Sequence record: NC_041874.1
Length of the DNA: 49,628 bases
Source: Escherichia phage JMPW1
Strand: one strand, 5' to 3'
Shown: positions 13,631 to 20,554 of the stretch, piece after piece
How positions within the stretch are numbered: position 1 is the first letter of the stretch
How the letters are laid out: each line of letters starts with the position of its first letter
Notes under the pieces: generated by a model
What the model was told of the DNA's origin: nothing
The model's input: only the letters and a program-made list of their open reading frames with translations
Database searches by the model: none
Program-made: the position numbers and the translations under genes

Positions 13631-14743
13631 ATGAAGGCAAAGCAAAGATTCGATTCAGTAAAAATCAAGGCTCACTTTGATGATAACGGTTTTTTAGTTG
13701 ACCGCCCAATCGTGGCGCGAATCGGCGCTCAGGTTTACAAAACGCCGCACGGCGATCGAGTTGAGTTCCGTCCGGCGTCCGAAGTTTTCAAGCAAGATTC
13801 CTTGCAAAGTTTTGCAGGCAAGCCGATAACAGTCGGTCACGTAACGGTGACACCCCAAAATGCTAAGGACGTTGTTGTCGGATCGTGTGCTGGCGCTGGT
13901 ATTGCTTCAGGGGTTGGCGTTGAAGTTCCTTTGAGTATTTACAGCGACTACGCGATCAGCAAAGCTAAAGCGAAGGAGGCCGGGGAATTATCTGTAGGGT
14001 ATACGTCGGTAGATATTGATAAGCCCGGCTGGGGTTCAAATGAGACTGGAGAATATATCTTCGAAGAGGATATGAAACAGGACGAAGCGCCGCCTGAAGG
14101 TTGGGTGAAATTCGACGCGGTACAAACTAATATCAAGGTCAACCATATTGCCCTAGTTTTTAAAGGTCGTGCGGGAATTGCTAAATTAAATCTTGATGCC
14201 GAACAGGAGTTCCCGTATGATAATAACGTTCAATTAACTAACGAGGACAAGCAAATGAAAAAAATTAAGATCGACTCAGTTGATGTGGAAGTAACCGAAG
14301 ACGTTGCGAACCATATCGAAAAATTAACCGCGCAGATTGCCACCATTCAGGGGAAAGCTGATGGCTTCGAAGCTGAGCGCGATGCGCTGAAGGTTAAGGT
14401 TGACTCTCTGCCGGAACTTGTGAAGGCCGAGGTAGAGAAGCAAAAAGCCGATGCCGCCGCACGCGCAGAAGTTACCGCAGTAGCAGAAACCGCAGGCGTC
14501 AAACATGATGGTCTTGATATCAAAGACGTCAAGATTGCCGTAGTTAAAGCCATGCTTGATAAAGATGTTAGTGAAAAATCAGACGCATATATCGACGCTA
14601 TGTTTGATGTTGCTAAAGATTCTGATATCATGGCTATTCAGCGTAAAGCAGTAAAAGGCGACTCTATCGAAGGCGGTAAGCCGGAAGAGAAAAACGACGC
14701 CGCGCCTGTTACGCCAAATTCACGTTTAAGCAAAGTAATGTAA
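13631..14743 (+). CDS. head scaffolding / prohead core protein (DUF2213-like)
   Basis: Position between Mu-F-like and capsid genes; coiled-coil A/E/K-rich C-terminal half; GGAG SD before ATG 13631. Confidence 0.6.
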   Translation: MKAKQRFDSVKIKAHFDDNGFLVDRPIVARIGAQVYKTPHGDRVEFRPASEVFKQDSLQSFAGKPITVGHVTVTPQNAKDVVVGSCAGAGIASGVGVEVPLSIYSDYAISKAKAKEAGELSVGYTSVDIDKPGWGSNETGEYIFEEDMKQDEAPPEGWVKFDAVQTNIKVNHIALVFKGRAGIAKLNLDAEQEFPYDNNVQLTNEDKQMKKIKIDSVDVEVTEDVANHIEKLTAQIATIQGKADGFEAERDALKVKVDSLPELVKAEVEKQKADAAARAEVTAVAETAGVKHDGLDIKDVKIAVVKAMLDKDVSEKSDAYIDAMFDVAKDSDIMAIQRKAVKGDSIEGGKPEEKNDAAPVTPNSRLSKVM

Positions 14744-14754
14744 GGGGAAATATC

Positions 14755-15231
14755 ATGGCACAAATTAATGCATCTTATCAGCGAGATATGGCGATTGCGC
14801 TTCCGGGTATGGTTGCGGATACTTCAAAGTACAATATTGACGGCGCTTGTGTCGTTAATGAAGGTGATGTTCTTGTTGGCGCTGCCGTACAAGTTGTTCA
14901 AGCTCAGGCGGTTGATGGTCATAAGTTGGTTAAGGCTCTTACTACCGGAACCACTCCTTACGGCGTGGCAATCCGATCTCACTGGCAGACTGTTAACGCT
15001 CAAAATCAGATGATTTACGAAGATGGCGGCGCTATCAACGTGATGACTTCAGGCCGAGTATGGATGCTTTCCAAATCCACCGAAGCACCAACTTTCGGCT
15101 CTGCCGTTAAACTTGATGTTGATGGTCAGGAAAAATCTGATGGCACGATCGAAACAACCTGGACCTACGCTGGCGGTTGGACTAAATACAAAGATATTCA
15201 GCTTGTTGAGGTTCAGTTGCATCAACTGTAA
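14755..15231 (+). CDS. capsid decoration / cement protein paralog 1
   Basis: Upstream of major capsid; N-terminus ALPGMVADTSKYNIDGACVV is paralogous to the next gene. Confidence 0.55.
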   Translation: MAQINASYQRDMAIALPGMVADTSKYNIDGACVVNEGDVLVGAAVQVVQAQAVDGHKLVKALTTGTTPYGVAIRSHWQTVNAQNQMIYEDGGAINVMTSGRVWMLSKSTEAPTFGSAVKLDVDGQEKSDGTIETTWTYAGGWTKYKDIQLVEVQLHQL

Positions 15232-15245
15232 TTAGCGTTTAATAT

Positions 15246-15280
15246 GGGGACTATCTTTTTTTTGGATAGTCCTTTTTTTA
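15246..15280 (+). terminator. terminator-like hairpin fused to SD
   Basis: GGACTATC ... GATAGTCC then TTTTTTTATGGAG. Confidence 0.6.
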
Positions 15281-15293
15281 TGGAGAAATCATT

Positions 15294-16061
15294 ATGGCTT
15301 ACGAAAATTTGTTCTTGCGCCCCGCGTGTCCGGGAAATATTTCTGATACTTCAACCTACAATATTGATGGAGCTTGTGTGGCTCAAGGTGACATTGGGTT
15401 CGGCTCAGCGGTTCAGGTTGTAGGCATCGTTGACGGTGTAAAAGTTGTGGCGGCGCTTCCTGATGGTGGAACTCCTTACGGTATCGCTTTCCGTTCCCAA
15501 TATGAACACCTGAGCGGTAAAATCCTTGACGGTGAAGTGTGCAACGTCGTTTCTCACGGTCGCGTATGGACTCTTACTTCTCTTGGTGAGGCTCCCAGCT
15601 TGTTCTCAAAGTTACAGTTTGGGTCTGGTGGAGTTGTTACTGGTGGATCTGGTTCCGCAGGTTGGACATTTGCGGGTGGCTTTGTTAAGCATGAAGATGG
15701 CTACATCATTGAGGTTCAGGTGAAACAAAATGCTTTCATCGCTCCACCGCCACCGCCCCCTGTCGTTCTTGTTGAATCTGCTACAATCGCCACTGACAAG
15801 GAAAGCCCTCAACCAAACAATGTTACGATCCAGTGTGTAGCTAATGCTCTTCCGGATAATGCAACCGATAAGACTGGTAAATGGTCAATCGACGCTACCA
15901 ATATCGCCACTGTCGATCCGGACTCAGGTCTTGTAACTCCTGTTGGTGGAGAGGTAGTCGGTGATTTCAATATTACCTGGACGGCTAACGATGCCAGCAA
16001 GACGACGGCAACTATTGCTTATCGCGTAGAAGCAGTGCCAACGCCAGAGGTTGATGCATAA
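15294..16061 (+). CDS. capsid decoration paralog 2 with poly-Pro linker and Ig-like C-terminal domain
   Basis: ACPGNISDTSTYNIDGACVA paralogous to 14755 gene; APPPPPPVV linker; Big_2-like C-terminus (NVTIQCVANALPDNATDKTGKWS). Confidence 0.6.
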   Translation: MAYENLFLRPACPGNISDTSTYNIDGACVAQGDIGFGSAVQVVGIVDGVKVVAALPDGGTPYGIAFRSQYEHLSGKILDGEVCNVVSHGRVWTLTSLGEAPSLFSKLQFGSGGVVTGGSGSAGWTFAGGFVKHEDGYIIEVQVKQNAFIAPPPPPPVVLVESATIATDKESPQPNNVTIQCVANALPDNATDKTGKWSIDATNIATVDPDSGLVTPVGGEVVGDFNITWTANDASKTTATIAYRVEAVPTPEVDA

Positions 16062-16073
16062 CATAAAAACACT

Positions 16074-16101
16074 TTGACGCTTTAACAAAAAGTGCTATTA
16101 T
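16074..16101 (+). promoter_or_regulatory. promoter candidate with palindrome in the spacer (capsid gene)
   Basis: TTGACG (16074-16079), 16 nt, TATTAT (16096-16101). TAACAaaaagTGCTA (16083-16097) fills the spacer and -10. A terminator-like hairpin follows, so function is uncertain. Confidence 0.3.
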
Positions 16102-16103
16102 TG

Positions 16104-16132
16104 AAGCCGTGAACATAATCACGGCTTTTTTA
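16104..16132 (+). terminator. terminator-like hairpin upstream of capsid gene
   Basis: GCCGTG aacataat CACGGC then TTTTTTATT. Confidence 0.6.
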
Positions 16133-16152
16133 TTAACTACGGAGAAGTAATC

Positions 16153-17112
16153 ATGACTACTAAAAAATTTGATGAAGCAGATAAAAGCAATGTTGAAATG
16201 TATCTGATCCAGGCTGGCGTAAAACAGGATGCAGCCGCAACGATGGGTATCTGGACCGCTCAGGAACTACACCGCATCAAGAGTCAGTCCTATGAAGAAG
16301 ACTACCCGGTCGGCTCCGCTCTACGAGTATTCCCGGTTACAACCGAACTCTCTCCGACCGACAAGACGTTTGAGTACATGACCTTTGATAAGGTTGGTAC
16401 TGCTCAGATTATCGCTGACTATACCGATGACCTGCCTCTGGTTGATGCACTTGGTACTTCTGAATTTGGTAAGGTGTTCCGTTTGGGTAACGCGTATCTG
16501 ATCTCAATCGACGAAATCAAAGCAGGTCAGGCAACTGGTCGCCCACTGTCAACCCGTAAGGCGAGCGCGTGCCAGTTGGCGCATGATCAGCTTGTTAACC
16601 GCCTGGTGTTCAAAGGTTCCGCACCGCACAAGATTGTGTCCGTGTTTAACCATCCGAACATCACTAAAATTACCTCCGGTAAGTGGATTGATGCATCTAC
16701 TATGAAGCCGGAAACTGCGGAAGCTGAGCTAACTCAAGCGATCGAAACCATCGAGACGATTACTCGGGGTCAGCACCGCGCAACCAACATCCTGATCCCG
16801 CCTTCCATGCGTAAGGTTTTGGCGATTCGTATGCCTGAGACAACCATGTCTTATCTGGACTATTTTAAGTCTCAGAACTCCGGTATCGAAATCGACTCTA
16901 TCGCAGAGCTTGAGGATATTGACGGCGCAGGCACCAAAGGCGTACTGGTGTACGAAAAGAATCCGATGAACATGTCCATCGAGATCCCGGAAGCATTTAA
17001 TATGCTGCCAGCACAACCGAAAGACTTGCACTTTAAAGTGCCTTGCACTTCTAAGTGTACTGGTCTTACAATTTATCGCCCGATGACTATTGTCTTAATC
17101 ACTGGCGTGTAA
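16153..17112 (+). CDS. major capsid protein
   Basis: 319 aa, strong SD, position; sequence resembles T1-family major capsid (DUF2184-type) from memory. Confidence 0.85.
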   Translation: MTTKKFDEADKSNVEMYLIQAGVKQDAAATMGIWTAQELHRIKSQSYEEDYPVGSALRVFPVTTELSPTDKTFEYMTFDKVGTAQIIADYTDDLPLVDALGTSEFGKVFRLGNAYLISIDEIKAGQATGRPLSTRKASACQLAHDQLVNRLVFKGSAPHKIVSVFNHPNITKITSGKWIDASTMKPETAEAELTQAIETIETITRGQHRATNILIPPSMRKVLAIRMPETTMSYLDYFKSQNSGIEIDSIAELEDIDGAGTKGVLVYEKNPMNMSIEIPEAFNMLPAQPKDLHFKVPCTSKCTGLTIYRPMTIVLITGV

Positions 17113-17119
17113 TATTATA

Positions 17120-17147
17120 GGGGCTAACTTAGTTAGTCCCTTTTTTA
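17120..17147 (+). terminator. terminator after capsid gene, fused to SD
   Basis: GGGGCTAAC tta GTTAGTCCC then TTTTTTATTGGAG. Confidence 0.65.
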
Positions 17148-17161
17148 TTGGAGAAATCAAA

Positions 17162-17449
17162 ATGGCTAAAGAAAAAACTGTTGTTATCGTAAACGTTGGT
17201 GTAGCTCTTCAGATGTTCCGTCTTGAAGATGGTTCCTTTGCTAAAGTTCTTCCAGATGAAGAGGTCACGCTTCCGGCGTCCGTTCTTGATTTGCCTGGCC
17301 TGCGTTGCTTAATTGCTCGCGAAGAAATCGAAGTTAAAGACGACAGTGCAACCAACCGCAAAATCCGCGCTGAAATGGCAAAGATCACTAAGCCAGATCC
17401 GTGGGATAGCAAAAGCGTTAAAGAGCTTGAGGACGGCGGCGAATATTAA
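17162..17449 (+). CDS. hypothetical head-associated protein (95 aa)
   Basis: Terminator-SD junction TTTTTTATTGGAGAAATCAAA-ATG; directly after capsid gene. Confidence 0.5.
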   Translation: MAKEKTVVIVNVGVALQMFRLEDGSFAKVLPDEEVTLPASVLDLPGLRCLIAREEIEVKDDSATNRKIRAEMAKITKPDPWDSKSVKELEDGGEY

Positions 17450-17456
17450 TCATCAA

Positions 17457-17481
17457 GGCGCTCATGTAGCGCCTTTTTTTA
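17457..17481 (+). terminator. terminator-like hairpin fused to SD
   Basis: GGCGCT catgt AGCGCC then TTTTTTTATGGGGG. Confidence 0.65.
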
Positions 17482-17492
17482 TGGGGGTAATT

Positions 17493-17903
17493 ATGAATCA
17501 AGAAACTTTAATTGCAGCTGTTGAGCAAATGCGAAAGCTGGTTCCGGCACTTCGTAAGGTTCCAGACGAAACGCTTTATGCGTGGGTAGAAATGGCTGAG
17601 CTTTTTGTATGCCAGAAGACCTTTAAAGACGCATACGTCAAAGCGATCGCTCTTTATGCATTACACCTTGCTTTCCTTGATGGGGCGCTAAAAGGTGAAG
17701 ATGAGGATCTGGAATCGTACTCACGCCGCGTTACGTCATTCTCACTGAGCGGTGAATTTAGCCAGACTTTCGGAGAGGTTACGAAGAACCAGTCAGGGAA
17801 CATGATGCTTTCTACGCCGTGGGGTAAGATGTTCGAACAGCTTAAAGCGAGACGCCGTGGTAGATTCGCATTAATGACAGGACTCCGTGGAGGATGCCAC
17901 TAA
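17493..17903 (+). CDS. head-tail connector (adaptor) protein
   Basis: GGGGG SD then ATG 17493 just after terminator 17457-17481. Position and size fit a gp6-type adaptor. The 17313 start in the ORF track crosses the terminator. Confidence 0.55.
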   Translation: MNQETLIAAVEQMRKLVPALRKVPDETLYAWVEMAELFVCQKTFKDAYVKAIALYALHLAFLDGALKGEDEDLESYSRRVTSFSLSGEFSQTFGEVTKNQSGNMMLSTPWGKMFEQLKARRRGRFALMTGLRGGCH

Positions 17904-18274
17904 TGAACTACTCACAGATTGAAAGAATGGCTCGCAAAGGCGTGGCTTTCTTCACCGATCCGTCAAGACCTATGAACCTGATAAAACAAGGTGAATACGG
18001 ATATGATGAAAACGGATTCGAGATCCCACCGATGGAACAGGTTATTCCAATATCCGGCGCGACGAGAAGACCGAACGCGCGTGAGATTGACGGGGAAACT
18101 ATCCGCGCCTCAGATATTTTGGGGATCTTCAATAATGATCATGAAATAAACGAAGGTGACTATATAGAGATTGATGGCATTCGTCATGTTGTCGTTGATG
18201 CTCGCCCGGTTCAGGCGTCACTGGAACCAGTTGCCTATCGTCCAGTGTTGCGGAGGGTATCAGTCGGTGGCTAA
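17903..18274 (+). CDS. head closure / head-tail joining protein
   Basis: TAATG overlap; GTGGAGG SD 9 nt upstream; position. Confidence 0.5.
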   Translation: MNYSQIERMARKGVAFFTDPSRPMNLIKQGEYGYDENGFEIPPMEQVIPISGATRRPNAREIDGETIRASDILGIFNNDHEINEGDYIEIDGIRHVVVDARPVQASLEPVAYRPVLRRVSVGG

Positions 18275-18710
18275 TTATCAGATTCGTAGATTTCAAGGCG
18301 AGATTGATGCGTGGATTAAGGCAGCTGAAAGCACGTTAGAACATGCCATTGAGATATTCGTAAGGGATGTTCACGACGCTCTTGTTAGCCGCTCCCCTGT
18401 TGATACAGGTCGATTCAAGGGTAACTGGCAGATAACTTTTAACGAAATCCCTAACCACGCATTAAACCGATACGATAAAACTGGCAGTGTCGTAAGAGGT
18501 GAGGAGCAGGCCAAAACTTATGGCATGTTCAGCCGTGGCGGCGCGATAACATCAGTTCACTTTTCAAACATGTTGATTTATGCAAACGCTCTTGAGTACG
18601 GTCATTCACAGCAAGCACCGAGCGGAGTTGTCGGTCTTGTGGCATTAAGGCTGAGATCATATATGGCTGACGCAATCAAGCAGGCAAGGAGACAGCAAAA
18701 TGCACTATGA
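18266..18710 (+). CDS. HK97 gp10-like neck/tail component
   Basis: GTG start with GGAGGG SD 8 nt upstream; SPVDTGRFKGNWQ motif typical of the HK97 gp10 family. Confidence 0.6.
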
Positions 18711-19098
18711 GTTATCAGCGGCGGCGCGAGCCGCTTTTCTATCAAAGTACAGAGACTTTCCTCACTACATGGAAAACAGAAATTTCACACCTCCTAAGGA
18801 TGGCGGCATGTGGCTGAGGTTCAACTACATTGAGGGGGATACGCTTTATCTATCCATTGACAGAAAGTGTAAATCTTACATCGCAATCGTTCAGATCGGC
18901 GTAGTGTTCCCTCCAGGCTCCGGCGTTGACGAAGCAAGATTGAAGGCAAAAGAGATTGCTGATTTTTTCAAAGATGGTAAAATGCTTAACGTTGGTTATA
19001 TTTTCGAGGGTGCAATCGTGCATCAAATTGTTAAACATGAAAGCGGGTGGATGATTCCGGTTCGCTTTACAGTACGAGTAGACACAAAGGAGACTTAA
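18700..19098 (+). CDS. tail completion / tail terminator protein
   Basis: Immediately precedes major tail gene; 132 aa. Confidence 0.5.
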   Translation: MHYELSAAARAAFLSKYRDFPHYMENRNFTPPKDGGMWLRFNYIEGDTLYLSIDRKCKSYIAIVQIGVVFPPGSGVDEARLKAKEIADFFKDGKMLNVGYIFEGAIVHQIVKHESGWMIPVRFTVRVDTKET

Positions 19099-19099
19099 T

Positions 19100-19768
19100 A
19101 TGCACTTACCAAATGGCGCGCAAATTTTCGTGGAAACCTCTCGCGGAGAAGAGATAGAGGCGACCGCTGTCACTAACGAAAAAAATCCTGTTGCTACAGT
19201 TGCATCTAAAGGTGACTTAGTAAAAGGTGATTACGTTATTGTAACTCAGTCAACTTGGGCTAAGATGGTTAGTCGAGTACTAATTGTTACTGACGCTCAG
19301 GAAACAAGTATTACTCTTGCTGGAATTGACACTACTGATACTCTTGTTTTCCCGGCTGGCGGTACAATGAGCTTTGCAAAAGTTACTGGTTGGACTGAGA
19401 TCCCTTGCGTACAGGAGATTGGTCAGGACGGCGGCGAGCAGCAGTATTACACTTATCAGTGTTTGTCCGACGATAAAGAACAGCAGATCCCTACGTTTAA
19501 ATCTGCAATCTCGCTAACGTACACCTTCGCGCACGAATTTGATAACCCTATCTATCCTATTCTGCGTAAGCTGGATTCTTCTGGTCAGGTAACTGCGGTT
19601 CGGATGTATGTTCCAAAAGCGAACGAGATGCGCATGTGGGCTGGTATCTTGTCTTTTAACGACATTCCGTCTACGCAAGTAAACGAAATGGAAACGGTAC
19701 AACTAGCCGTATCCCTGAAAGGTGACTTTACTTTCATCTCATCCACTCTGGCATCGCCTGGTGCTTAA
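19100..19768 (+). CDS. major tail (tube) protein
   Basis: 222 aa, position between terminator protein and G/GT chaperone, followed by hairpin 19781-19806. Confidence 0.8.
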   Translation: MHLPNGAQIFVETSRGEEIEATAVTNEKNPVATVASKGDLVKGDYVIVTQSTWAKMVSRVLIVTDAQETSITLAGIDTTDTLVFPAGGTMSFAKVTGWTEIPCVQEIGQDGGEQQYYTYQCLSDDKEQQIPTFKSAISLTYTFAHEFDNPIYPILRKLDSSGQVTAVRMYVPKANEMRMWAGILSFNDIPSTQVNEMETVQLAVSLKGDFTFISSTLASPGA

Positions 19769-19780
19769 ATACCATCCATA

Positions 19781-19806
19781 GGGGGCTTGCGCCCCCTTAT
19801 TCATTT
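19781..19806 (+). terminator. hairpin after major tail gene (weak T-run)
   Basis: GGGGGC ttgc GCCCCC then TTATTCATTT. Confidence 0.45.
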
Positions 19807-19844
19807 CTGTAAAATCATCCTATCAACTCTATTCACTTAACTTT

Positions 19845-19859
19845 TAACAAAAAGTGCTA
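19845..19859. promoter_or_regulatory. palindrome TAACAaaaagTGCTA upstream of tail chaperone gene
   Basis: Consensus flanks are in minus orientation, 22 nt from TGaTAGGAT on the minus strand. On the plus strand it abuts the leader CAACCAATCAGGAG. Confidence 0.4.
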
Positions 19860-19881
19860 TCAACCAATCAGGAGAAACATC

Positions 19882-20199
19882 ATGGCTAAATTCAATTTCG
19901 TGTTGGGCCAGCTTCCAGACTTCAAACTTCCGGTGACGTTCACCATGCCAAACGGCGAGGATGCAACTATTATTTTTACAGTGCGCCACCTTTCCAGTAA
20001 AGAAGTGCAAGATATGTATGCGAAGCAGGGCGAAATGAATGATAGCGATTTCATCACTAAGATCGCGTCAGGCTGGAATCTGGAAGAAGAATTTAACGAA
20101 GAGAATACGCGTAAACTGGTACAGTATTATCCTTCCGCAGCGTACAACCTGACGGCAACTTACATCAAGGCGCTTGCCGGACACCGCGCAAAAAACTAA
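19882..20199 (+). CDS. tail assembly chaperone (gpG analogue)
   Basis: Position before tape measure; ends ...GCA AAA AAC TAA with a slippery heptamer. Confidence 0.75.
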   Translation: MAKFNFVLGQLPDFKLPVTFTMPNGEDATIIFTVRHLSSKEVQDMYAKQGEMNDSDFITKIASGWNLEEEFNEENTRKLVQYYPSAAYNLTATYIKALAGHRAKN

Positions 20200-20516
20200 A
20201 AAGGGCGGTTTATCTGTTATATCAGAAACCGCCGACAGAAGAGCAATTACGATCGGTTGGCCTCAGTCTTTCTGACTATGAAGACGAGGAACCGGAAACG
20301 ATAATCGGCGATACTGAAATGGTGAAGGCGTGGAATGTTTTTACGTCAATGCTCACTCAGTGGAGAAGTTCAGGCGCTGGAGCTTATGGTCTTGACTATA
20401 ATGTTTTGCCTATGTTGTTCAAAATCTATAAAATAGAAGATGAAGAACTGGCATTGCAGGACGTTAGAATCATGGAAGCGAAAGCGCTTGAAATGGTTGC
20501 TAAGCAAAACAACTAA
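19882..20516 (+). CDS. tail assembly chaperone frameshift product (gpGT analogue, -1 shift at 20190-20196)
   Basis: The -1 frame is open from the slip site through the ORF-track ORF 20319-20516, which ends just before the tape measure gene. Confidence 0.6.
20190..20196 (+). other. -1 programmed ribosomal frameshift slippery heptamer A_AAA_AAC
   Basis: In phase (GCA AAA AAC TAA) one codon before the chaperone stop; the -1 frame stays open to 20516. Confidence 0.65.
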
Positions 20517-20538
20517 GCCGCCGTTTGGCGGTTTTTTC
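20517..20538 (+). terminator. terminator-like hairpin before tape measure
   Basis: GCCGCC gttt GGCGG then TTTTTTCG. Confidence 0.55.
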
Positions 20539-20554
20539 GTATATAGGGGGTTAT

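Noticed and set aside
17313-17492. Long N-terminal extension of the connector gene (ORF-track start 17313), and similar extended starts at 11543, 13595, 20525, 24443, 29322, 32223, 42631 and 45963
   Set aside because: The extensions overlap the preceding gene or run through terminator hairpins or promoter elements. Internal ATGs with good SD spacing were chosen instead.
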